The notes under the pieces: generated by a model | What the model saw: the letters and a program-made list of their open reading frames with translations, nothing else | Told to the model about the DNA's origin: nothing | The model's database searches: none | Position numbers and translations under genes: made by a program | Origin: Raillietiella orientalis | Taxonomy: Eukaryota | NCBI GenBank assembly: GCA_036172245.1 | Contig: JAYWIR010000001.1 | Coordinates: 8,928,001-8,992,000, forward strand | Length of the DNA: 64,000 nucleotides | Direction: 5' to 3' | Part shown: positions 1 through 10,349 of the stretch, piece after piece | Position numbering within the stretch: the stretch's first letter is position 1 | How the letters are laid out: every line of letters begins with the position of its first letter

Positions 1-183
1 TCAACTGATGTTCCCAATATGTTTATCATGTATCAAGTGATGAATCATGAACCACCAAGACATATATCTTATTAATGAAGAAACAGACGATAACTTTATT
101 TCCACAACTATGATTTTCAAGCATCAATTGGATTTTTCATTGCAAAGCAATCCTTAACATAATCACCATCAGATTTCATTTAG

Positions 184-1402
184 GAATTGGAAATTAATAT
201 GCAATAGTTCAAGCAGATGGCAAAGGTTTTGTAAACAGGCACCATGGTGTCACTCTGAACTAACACAGAAAAAACATTCGATGCTGCCAAATAAACAGGA
301 ATGTGGTTTTAATTGGAAACAGGTTACAAATTCAGCATTGGTGATTTGTATGATGTTACTGAAAATTTCAGGAATTTGGTCGACGTTATCGTACTTACTT
401 AAATTGGCTACATGGCAATTGTCATGTAACAACATTTGAAGGGCATTCACAAGCCATTTCTTGCATTCAGTATGATAATGCGAGAATTGTAAGTGGTTCA
501 CATGACAAAACCATAAAGGTGCTTTGTTGTTTCATTGTGATTTTTGGTTGTAATTTCCCTGTACATTCAGGTTTGGGACATTCATTCCAATAATCCTTGG
601 TCCGTAATGACACTTGTGGGTCATTCTGGCACAGTAAGATGCTTGCATCTTTTACACAATCGGCTTATCAGTGGCTCATCAGACTGTACAATCAAAGTAT
701 GGGATTTAGATTGTCAAGAACAATGGTCAAGCATTGCTTGTAAAGTTACACTGTTGGGACATCGAAATACTGTACGTTGCCTACAGGCAGATGAAAATCA
801 AGTGATTAGTGGTTCTTATGATCACAGCATCAAAGTATGGTGTATTCAGACAGGAAACTGTCAGTGTACATTAAATGACCATTCAGATGCGGTGTTTTGT
901 ATGCATTTTGTGCAAACTAAGTTGGTAAGTGGCTCAGCAGACTGTACCATAAAGGTAAGCATCATTGTGGCATTAAATTTCTACATTTCTACCTTGAATG
1001 CAGATATGGAACTTTTCTACAGGTACTCATATCAATACTTTGAGAGGTCATGAAAATGCTGTGACTTGTGTTGCATGCGATGATCATCGTATTATATCTG
1101 GTTCTCTGGACTGCACAATCAAATTCTGGGATTGGCAGAAAGGTTATTGCTTGAGTACAATAGATTGGATGAAATCAGAAGGTCATACTGGGGTAATTCG
1201 ATGTTTGCAGGCAGATTGCTGGAGAGTAGTTAGTGCAGCAGATGATAAGACTATAAAAGTGTGGAAACTTGATACAGGAGAAAGAGTAGTTACTTTAAAA
1301 AATCATACAGATGGTGTGACATGTTTGCAGTTTACTGACTATATCATGGTTTCTGGATCCTATGATAAAACTGTCAAGTTATGGGACTTTTCTGTATGTT
1401 AA
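184..1402 (+). CDS. F-box/WD40-repeat protein (FBXW7/beta-TrCP-like architecture), 3' part; exons 184-322, 372-518, 571-954, 1004-1402
   Basis: Spliced frame gives NWKLICNSSSRWQRFC (end of an F-box) then seven GH...SGS.D.TIK.W WD40 repeats and TAA at 1400-1402. Three GT-AG introns of 49, 52 and 49 nt keep the frame. The 5' exons were not identified. Confidence 0.9.
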
Positions 1403-1474
1403 ACTTCATAATAGCCTTTTATCAACTATGGAACAGGTATAGCAAACCAGTATATTTACTCATTTCAATCTATT

Positions 1475-1480
1475 AATAAA
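1475..1480 (+). terminator. Polyadenylation signal AATAAA of the F-box/WD40 gene
   Basis: AATAAA about 70 nt after the stop codon. Confidence 0.6.
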
Positions 1481-1989
1481 GTTATGATTATTAACACATA
1501 ATCAGTTCAAACTAGGTAACAACAGGTTATTACTGACTCGAACTTCACAAATCGAGTTTTACATATCCATCCATTTGTTAGCACACTGTATTCTACTCTT
1601 TTGCTCACTAGCGTTCATGTCCTCGAATTTGGGTTGTAAAGCAGAAACAAATCGCAAATACGATGACAAAATGTGAATGTTACAAATCCTCAATGGATCA
1701 TATCATATGAATATACATTTTCGTTTTTCACGAAAATGAGAGGTAATGTGAACACAATGAAAGTTTGTTGTACGCGTCTTCATTGCAATATTTCGAGCGA
1801 GTCATGAATCATACGGGTGACTGTCGAATGAATCAACGTATTGACGGTTTTTCAGTTTTCAACAGTTTCGTGATTAAACTTTACGAAATTTCCGAATTCG
1901 GAATTGCGGTACCAAATTTTGCGTTAAAAGAGGTCAAATTTCTCAAAGTATCTTACTCGCCAATAAAATGTGTCATCCTTTCAAGCATG

Positions 1990-4480
1990 CAATGTGCTTG
2001 CCTGCCAAATAGGCCGGGAACGAAGTGACAAAAGCGTAGCAGATGCTCTGTACATCTGAAAGTGCAGCAAGTAATTTCATCAGATCTACACGATGGAGTC
2101 CTGTTTACCTTCCATTCCGAGCAAAAGTTTGGAAATAGAAAGACGTCACCCGTTTCAGCTGTTGCTACAAAGTCGTCCCCGTTTGCACTACCTCAAACAT
2201 GCGCCATTCCACTGCTAAGATGTCTTTAACTTATCCGTTGATCAATATAGTTGAATTCTGCGATGATGCAGCTTCCGCATTAAATCTGGACGCTGGCTTT
2301 TAGATGTAAACCATTTGATCCTTACATTTATGGTCACATTTCCGGTCAAGGATAGCGAGTGGGTGCTGCTCGTATAGCGCAAGGAACCACGACCAAGGAA
2401 GAAGTGGTCACCCGCATCTCTCCCTTCCCAAATGTATTCACTCATCCCCTGTACCAGATCTTAATCCTGCATTGTACAGCGGATTGCTTTTTCCCTCCCC
2501 GAGGCTGTATTTCAGGGAACAAACAAACCTCCCTCGCAACCGAACAGTGATCCTAGCTTCCCAGTTATCTTCGTTCTGTGAGTGTTGGAAATGCATTCAC
2601 TGCACAACGACAGCAGCACAAAGAAAATATGGAATATTGGATCCAGAACGCATTTCAGCATACAAGTATGCTTATCCAATGATAGGCAAGCCTCCATGGA
2701 TATGGAATATGATTCCTTTTAGTAATGGAACACCATGCTTAACCCTTTTCACCCCCAAGCGTTTGTTGACACGACCGACCAGCAACTCCCCAGCGCACTT
2801 TCGCAATCAAAAATCTGAAAAGTAATGGCTTGGCTTTGATAAGTAAAAAAAAATTATAAATGTTTATTCGTCTGGTGTTTTGCTGCGATGATTCTTTTGG
2901 CAAAACTGTTGGTTTCTTCTTCGAGGATCCCCTTGACAAGCTCTTCTGTGAAAAATAACTAGAAGTAGTCTATGGGTTTTACAATGTTAGATGCAATCTG
3001 TGGTCCAGTGAACCTGGGCGATACTGTAAAATGAATGCTTTTTGGAATCCTTTTGCTATCTGTTATATCGGCCCATTCATCTTCTCCGAAAGAGTTTTCA
3101 TTCAATAATTCCGATTCTTCGTCGCCTGTTCGCAATAATTTCGAGAATCACTAGAACGAATTCCGGAATCATCATCACTTGCACTATCTTCAGATGCAAC
3201 ATCAGTTAAATTGTCATCGACTAGGTGTAAATGAAGTTCTTCTTCACTTTCATCAATTCAGAATTTTCATAATCCCTTTCCTCTTTATCCATCTTTAGCA
3301 AATTGCTTTGCAACTGACTGATGGCAACGACAGAGCAACAATTCGAGGTCCTGTTCGAAAACAAATCAACTTTAAGAAGTCATGGTTGCAACTGTACACT
3401 GTGTTTGCAGAGCAGTGATTTGTAACAGGAAGCTGTGAAAGATCACGGCGCTTGCTTGCACTCACTTTGTATGCCGACGAGTGGGCTGTACATTTTGGTC
3501 TGCAATGTAAAGAATGCATAACCCCCACTCGAATGCCTCCACAGTGCGTTGGAACCGGAGTTGTGCCAGACTGCATGTGCAATGGCTCCTCTGAGGGGGC
3601 CGGAATGCACGTGCCCTCAGCGGAGCCAGTGGATCTGTGGTGCAATTTTAAATGTCCCCTCAGAGGAGCCAGTGGAGTGCAAAGGGATAATACAGTTTTG
3701 CTTTAAACCTTGCAATCATGACAAAAGAGGCTCTCCAAAAAGCCTTTGGAATCTTTCCTCGTCCATTCCACTAAGTTCATCTCTCCGATGAGTTTGGAAG
3801 TTTTTATCGGTTTCTTTCGTTTGCTATTTCTCCGCATTTGGATTCTGGAAGAAAATACTAACAAATCTTAAGATGCATTAAATGTTTGCAGCTTTTCTTC
3901 TTCCAAAAAATGCATCTTCCTAAGAAACGAAGCATCTCGTGCTACCTAAGGAGGATGAACAAAGCGCACTGTTGTGGCATAGACATTGGGTTCGTTTGAA
4001 ACTCACGTTTGACAAATACCCGAGGATTTTTGCTAATTAGAAATCGTTGTTGCTTCGAGAAGCGGTCAACATACAAATGCACCCTCACTGCAGAAGGGGA
4101 TTCATTGGGAAAACATATATTGAACAAATTAAATATGAGGCTACTGCCTTTACTGTAGCGTGTCTGAGATCTTAAAGACAGCTGAAAACTGGTTCATTGC
4201 AGTTCTGAAATCGTTTCATAGGGTGGTGATTGTCCCTTTTGAGTTTGCTCTGAATTCGCCATTTGATTTTACACCTCACAGGGGGTTGATTTTGAACAAG
4301 CGTTTAAAGACTCCACACTTACGTGAGATAGTACTGCTCTGAAGCATTGCAACCTGTGCACCTGATAGATTGTGCACTGACAACCAAAGACTCGTGCTTC
4401 CTGTTCATGGGAACCGCATCGCACACATGTTATATAAGCTCTGGATTGGTTGTTAGGTGGAATACTCAGACTGACTGCAG
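1990..4480 (-). pseudogene. Decayed gene with two Cys/His zinc-finger-like repeats, interrupted by the piggyBac
   Basis: Minus-strand remnants PIIG*AYLYAEMR...PYFLC..(C) (~2690-2590) and PIQ.AYITCVRC...FGCQC...VLSH followed by a GTAAGT donor (~4450-4315) look like two copies of one motif. Many stops and frameshifts; family not identified. Confidence 0.25.
2743..3686 (-). mobile_element. Non-autonomous piggyBac-family DNA transposon (internal deletion derivative, 944 bp)
   Basis: TTAA (2739-2742) then CCCTTTTCACCCC at the left end; GGAGTGCAAAGGG then ATAA (3687-3690) at the right end, i.e. 13-bp TIRs with 2 mismatches and one decayed TSD. Minus strand ~3295-2880 encodes an acidic N-terminus and KPIDYF*LFFTEELVKGILEEETNSFA, typical of the start of piggyBac transposases. 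Subterminal repeats CCCTCAG(A/C)GGAGCCA at ~3584-3676. Confidence 0.85.
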
Positions 4481-4754
4481 GTGTTGCGGCTAGCAGGAGC
4501 ATGCAAACAGGTGTGCAAGGAGATGACGGCTCTGAGTGCTCCACGTGGAAATACGGAAGCAACGTCAGCAAAAGAGGACACATTCTCAAATACTGTCCCT
4601 TTGATGCTCTTGTTTGTTTTTTCTTTTTCTTTTTTTCCGAGGAGGAAACCCAAAAAAAAGAGCTAGACGACGCTCTCTGGACAGTGATCACTGCGAAGAA
4701 GTCCGCGCGGCGCCGTAAACTCACAGAGGGGCTCGCTGACAAGAATGTTCCTTA

Positions 4755-5073
4755 GACAAAGAGCGACATATCTGAAGTCTTCTCCCGGAAAATGAGGCAG
4801 GTAAGTCGCTTGCCTTGCAGCAAGCGACTTACAATAGCAATTGTATCCACAAACCGCTATTCCAGTTAAGCGAAAAATTAGTTCATCCATCTCATCTTTG
4901 TATTTTCTAACTTTTAAATCATGATCACTTGGAAAATTAAAATTATATCCTGCTCTCCTTTTAGGAACCTCTGTTACACTTCTAATAAAATCAATATTTT
5001 CAACATCTTTCAAGTATATATTATCATCATCAATATAATAGAAATCCAAATAAGTGTAGCCATGCTCTCTCAT
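4755..5073 (-). other. AT-rich orphan reading frame (~105 aa) embedded in a retrotransposon relic
   Basis: Stop-free MREHGYTYLDFYYIDDDNIYLKDV...CGYNCYCKS...ALCLRN with composition distinct from its flanks. No family recognised. Confidence 0.35.
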
Positions 5074-6604
5074 TCTTGCTCGAAGTAGTATGGCGCGGTG
5101 CAACGGTGAGGCCATTGCTACCGTAACACTTAGTTGCATCATGGCAGAGACGAGAGTCTCTGATGCGGACGGTAGACGACACAGCGATTCCTTCTCGAGG
5201 CTGTGAGCATCCCCTATGCAGCCTTCGGACTCCGAAGTAAAGACCAAGACTTCCTTCGCTAATAGCTGACCTTCACAGGCGCTCGACGGAGAAGAGCGTG
5301 AGACGAGAAACAGCTACAAGGAAGATGAAGAAGACGTTTTCTCTGAAGAAAAAATCGAAATCACCTCTCCACAGTCCTCGGCGACAGGGGAAGGCAGTGC
5401 ATGCGATGTGGGGCCACAGGACAGGGAAAAACCACATTTCTGCATAGGTTTATACCGCCACGTGATCACTCACCAGAGACCGAAATGAATGCTTCTTCTC
5501 CAGCTTCATCCCCGATTCGAGTTCGAGTTACTTCGTTCGACCGACGGGAAGTTGGCCTATCAGTGTGTGGAGAATGCCAGGGGATTGACCGAGATACCCA
5601 GGGGCAATGGAGTCACTCCGCTGCTGCCTTCGTAGCTTTGCCATTCATAGACTCGAGAATTGGGATCTGTTGAAGATCTGTCTGATTTTTGCGAGGCGCT
5701 GTTCTCTACCTTCCACTAGCTGGCTTGGGGGAGGTGCGCACACCGGCAGAGTCTTCCTGCAAATGCGCAGACTCTCTCGAAGTGTTCGGCGTCTCTCAGA
5801 ATACAAAGAGAGGACCAAGCGCCACAGTGACTTGCCTTCTCGATGAAAAAGGTCAGCAATGCTGAGCCCAAGCTAGGGTACGATGCAAGTTGACGGGCTA
5901 CTATTCCTCGTTATATGAGGAGGTACCCCTTGAGTGCAGTTTTTCAGAGCAGTTGCTATCCAGAAGTACCTTCGCAAAAGTACGCGTCTTGAAGGACCCC
6001 ACACAACGGAAGTTCTTCCCTCTTCACGCGGCTTTAGAGACGGAGTACATCAGGGGAGGAAGGCCTTCCGGTGGAGTTTTCAGTGCTTCGTGGTGGAGCT
6101 GAGTGTTTTGGCGCTAATGAGGAAGACAAGCGATGCAAACGCCTTCTTCTGATCAGCTAAAGTGTGTCTCTTGCCAAAAGGTGGAGACCTTCGCAGCTTA
6201 TGCAACTGGCATTTGATCACGTAACTGAACTTAGAGGTCCAGTTGCTTCCAATGTTGTGGACCGCACTGTTCAGAAGGGCGGGGACTCTTTGACGAATCA
6301 GGAGCAGACGTCTGCTGTTTCCGCACGATATATGAAGGCCAGTCTTTTTATCACACGACCCAGGCTCCAGATTCAGTGTCGTCTTGCGCTGGACTGTCAT
6401 AGAGTAGCGAACCCCCGGTGGGCTGTACTTGGGATGCCAACAGCGGGTGGCAGTATCCACTCGCTGTTGGCGCAGTAGAGTCGCAGTAGATCTGAACAAA
6501 GGCTTCGACTGCGTCACCCAGGAACTTCCTCGGGAACTACCAGAACTACGCCACTGCCCCCGGCACAGTTACTGTTCTAAGGTTGCTTCCGCTGGCGCAA
6601 CGCG

Positions 6605-6688
6605 ATAACGAGCGTCTTTATGAGTGTGGCTAAGATCTCTGCGTGTGATACCAAGTGTCGCGGGTTCAAATACCCGTAAAGGATCGAC
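6605..6688 (+). repeat. tRNA-derived SINE head fragment
   Basis: GTGTGGCT...ACCAAGTGTCGCGGGTTCAAATACCCG...GATCGAC aligns by eye with 31319-31393; B-box-like GGTTCAAAT. Confidence 0.6.
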
Positions 6689-7159
6689 ACAGCCTCCCTT
6701 GAAGCGGCAGGATTCGGCATTGCAGTTGTTGCACTGGGAGATCCCATGCAACGCACGAGTCCCCCACTAGACAAGAGGCAGTGTAGCCCCAGACTGTTCC
6801 AGGTGTGGGGAACAGGAAACCTTCCCTCACCTGTTGTTGGAATGTGTTGCGCTCCTGAGTGTCCGGGAACGCTTCGCTGCGACCCTCCCACTCCCGATGG
6901 GCAACGGCAAAAAGGTTTTGCGATGCCTCTTCACGCGCGACTCGACATCGCCTGCGACTTCCCTTGAAGCTCCGTGCTGCCTTCGTGGAGTCGTGGCGGC
7001 GAGAAGCCGCGTCGAAAGAGGCCATCGAACGTTGAGGTCATCCCAATCGTCTGCTCCTCCGTGAGGAAGGCGAGAAGATGGCCACATCTCTGCTAGCAAA
7101 AGAAAGAAGTTGCCGACATTCTCCAGAAGATGCTGAGGACGCCAGGAAGAAATCCGTGA

Positions 7160-7998
7160 TCTCTTACATTTTTTTAAACGAGCAATCACACCTTCCACCG
7201 GCCAATCAGCAGAAACACGAAAACCAACTACATGCTTGCACAATACTTTGTAACCACAAATAATATGCACATTCATCTCAGATTCCTTTAGTTTTCCAAC
7301 CAAGGACAGTACTTCCTATCCGGCATTACCGGATTTACATCACCAGTAGCAGCTTCCTCTTTCTGTACACATGGTCTAACATGTACAGATGCATCCTTAT
7401 TCTTGAATTTGCAAAAAGTACTAGAACGTCTATTCAAATGCTATGTCAAATTTCGCGTTGTAATATGATGATCAAATAGCTCAAAAGAATCAAAGTCTTC
7501 TTCTTCCCGAGGATTGGTTACAATCACATAATCATTATAACTATAATCGCCCCTAACTTGAAAATTCTGTTCATTTTATCAGTAAAAGGCTCAAGTGTAT
7601 AGCGAACACCATACAACTACACATGCTCCAAGTTCCCAGCCATATCACTCAATTTCCAAAAACCAAGGATACTCTTCATAGGAAAACCTTTCGAACAAAA
7701 CATAACACATCACCATCTCATTCCTCTCGAGAAGTTCAAACGCGCATCAACCGAAATAGTTACAGCCCTCGTATAATCATTACAACCAAACGGAATGCGA
7801 GAACCAGCTTTCAAAACAGGACCAATCCATCGCAACTTGTTCCTTCTATAAGCTGACGCCTCAATGTACGCCTGCTACTAATTACATTCCTCCAATTAAC
7901 CAGCAACGTCCACGCACCAACCTCCCACGCCACACCATACGACGATAAGCGCGATAAAGAGCACGTGTAAGCACAGCTAATCACAAAAGATAAACCAT
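7160..7998 (-). pseudogene. cap: Degenerate capsid gene of an endogenous CRESS-DNA virus
   Basis: ATG at 7998, Arg-rich start (RALYRAYRRMVWRGRLVRGR), later VHVRPCVQ...YCPWLEN...MNVH..CGYKV resembling circo/cyclovirus capsid C-terminal motifs. Divergent from rep, with several stops and frameshifts. Confidence 0.6.
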
Positions 7999-8072
7999 AA
8001 GCTGATAAACAAAAGAAGGAACCCCCGAACCCGTGGACTCCGCACAACGAAAGGTCCTTCAAACACACACAC

Positions 8073-8121
8073 GGTGTATGTGTGTGAACAGTGTAAAAAC
8101 CCACACACACACACATACTCC
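8073..8121. other. Candidate viral origin stem-loop between cap and rep
   Basis: GTATGTGTGTG (8076-8086) pairs perfectly with CACACACATAC (8108-8118), extended by GG/CC. The loop contains CAGTGTAAA but no canonical TAGTATTAC. Confidence 0.4.
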
Positions 8122-8124
8122 AAC

Positions 8125-8950
8125 CAGTTTCAATACCCCATACGCAAAGGCAACACAGTGGTGCTTCACTTTAAATAACTACACGACACAGGACGAAGAC
8201 CAACCCCAAAACTGGATGACTAAAAAAACAACATTTGCCATCATATAGGAAAAGAAACAGCAAAAACAGGGATGCTTCATTAACAGGGATGCTTCGAAAG
8301 CAAACAACCACACATCATACCACAACTGGAAAAACAGCACGGGGCTAGAAAGAAGCCATCTCGAATTAGCAAAGGGATCACCAGCATCTAGCAAAGATGA
8401 AACAAGACCAAACACCATGGGAGAGAGAAACACCACCCGGGTGCAAACAAATAACCATACAACAACAGGTAACCCAAATACAATTTACTAATCGCAACCC
8501 TATTCTTAGAGAAAACAACACGTACTACAAGGATAGAACAAAAGATGAATCTGGGGAAAAAAAGCAGAAACACACGAAAAAAACAAAACCTTCATACTCG
8601 ACAAAAGCAAACCGCATAACCAGTTCCATGATATCCCTATAACAATCACTACAATGATGACTACGACTACTACGAATGACAGAAGATAGGCCAAGCAACC
8701 GAGACATCCACTGTACACGGATTACCAAGGAAGCACCCGCAAGACAGCAGTAGTCAACCATATAACCTACGACGGCCTATACCTCAACAACTCAAATACG
8801 GCGATGCAGCCTATCTATATAACGGTGAAAACATAGTCATGGTCGACTTCACAAAGGACAACCGAGACCACATACACCACGGATTCATCGAAACTATCAA
8901 AACCGGAACACTATGCAGACCAAATACCAAGGGCAAGTCAAATTCTTCTT
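8125..8950 (+). pseudogene. rep: Degenerate replication-associated protein (HUH endonuclease + SF3 helicase) of an endogenous CRESS-DNA virus
   Basis: RCR motif I WCFTLNNY (8159-8182); GKETAKTGMLH*QG (motif II HLQG with a stop, 8278-8289); SHLELAKGS...SKD with motif III eroded; Walker A-like YTDYQGSTRKT (~8714-8746); Walker B YNGENIVMVDF (~8818-8850); IETIKTG...KYQGQVKFF; truncated before motif C. Confidence 0.9.
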
Positions 8951-8966
8951 TGTTGTTGTTTTTGGA

Positions 8967-9865
8967 GTCCCTGTCGTTCTGGACTCCTCTGGAGTTGCTC
9001 CATGAAGTCACGGTCCCGCCACGTGGGCAGTGCAGTGCTGCTGGGGATGAGACCGGCGTGAGGGCATCGTGCAGGAACAGGCGCTTCAAAACGTCTCTGG
9101 CGTTGCCGCCGGGAGTTGCAAGGGTCGCGGCAAAGCGCCCCAAAGGGGCTGGAGGCAACACAGTCCACTAGGAGGTGCGGTAGAGATTCCCGCTCCCCGA
9201 ATCTTGCAACAGTTCGGGGAGCGGGACCCTCTCCCCCGTGTCGAATGATGCCGGTGGGCGTTGCACAGGACGTCCCAGTGCAGCAGCATCAACGCCGACC
9301 ATTGCCACTTTAAGGGGAGGGTGCGGGTGTTCATGAGCGCCGGGGGTCGCTGCAGGTCTTCCTCTTGAATACCAGTAGCACGCCCTAGCGAAAAAGTCGG
9401 CACTGGTGGAATCCGGATTCCCCGGTTGACTGGTCTGGATTGGAAGTTTACCCTTCGGGGTCCTTCCAGGAATGAAGGAGCTGGTTCCCCTGTGGTTGTG
9501 GAACAGGAGCCCTTCCCCGAGAAAGCGGGGAGGACCCCTCACCTGGTTACATGGAGTTGGTTGATTCTCCTCCTCGAGAGATTGCCTCTTCAGAGTATCC
9601 AAGAAGCGCGTTGCTCCCTTCAGAAAAGAAACCTGAAGAGTTCCTTAAGGGTTCTCTTCAGAGGAAGAAGCAAGGAGAATTCCCTTCGGAGGAGGAATGA
9701 GGAGCGTCCCTCTTCGGGGGATCACTCCAGAGAGAATCAGGAAGAGGTTCCCCTACCAAGTCCACCTTCCCCCTCCTTCGGATGAAGGAAGACCCCTTCA
9801 TCCGGAGCCTTCCTGGATTTCACAGGGTGGTCCCCTCCCGGCGTACCCCCTAACTTATAGAGTTA
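8967..9865 (-). mobile_element. Composite repeat copy A: L1/Tx1 zf-RVT segment (minus) joined to a plus-strand low-complexity ORF remnant
   Basis: Minus strand LPLKWQWSALMLLHWDVLC...GERESLPHLLVDC (frameshifted); aligns with 31856-32795. Confidence 0.75.
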
Positions 9866-9889
9866 CTACACTCACCCTCGAGGTGACTA

Positions 9890-10200
9890 CAGAGGGAGGC
9901 CCCATTCAGCCAAGCAAGGAGAGCTTCTCGACAAGCCCTTTGGGTTGCCCATCGGGAATCGCAGGGTCATGGAAAAATGTCCCCGTGAACTTCGAAGAGC
10001 AGCGCACGCGATCACCAAATGAGGAAGGGTTTCCGTTTCTCTGCCGAAAAGGACAGAGCAACAAGGATGCAACTCCCGACATGACCTCCTTCAGAAAAAC
10101 GACAAGATGGTCCCACCTAGGACCGTTCAAGGATCAACTTGCCAGCATCCTGCAGATGATGCAGAAAACGCGTGGCAACGGACTGCGATCCTTTCCCAAG
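9890..10200 (-). mobile_element. Divergent L1/Tx1 zf-RVT fragment
   Basis: CC...ETETLPHLVIACAAL...TLRFPMGNPK matches ETFPHLLLECVAL...TLPLPMGNGK at 6.8-6.9 kb. Confidence 0.6.
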
Positions 10201-10349
10201 CTCCGCTCCCACATAAATCACTCTCCTATTTATTTCTCGATTTACTCCTCCCCCTCCCTCCTAACGTTCGCAGCGGACGTCGCTGGCCAACCGACCGGCT
10301 GCTCGACATCTGCCGTCGGGTTGTTCCGGCTTGCTGGGGCCTAGATTGC

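Larger units (their letters stand above)
4665..7140 (+). mobile_element. Degenerate, internally deleted L1/Tx1-like non-LTR retrotransposon (ORF1 remnant, RT domains 0-3, C-terminal zf-RVT)
   Basis: In order: decayed knuckle CMRCGATGQGKTTF (5398-5439), YYSSLY (~5899), GLPVEF (~6062), LLPKGGDLRSLCNWHLIT*LN (~6168-6230), EQTSAVSAR, VDLNKGFD (~6486), LLHWEIPC...CSRCGEQETFPHLLLEC (~6725-6847). These match canonical LINE ORF2 motifs. Confidence 0.8.

Noticed and set aside
5401-5445. P-loop-like GATGQGKTT
   Set aside because: Preceded by CMRC and fits a decayed CX2CX4HX4C knuckle upstream of LINE RT motifs; no other NTPase motifs follow.
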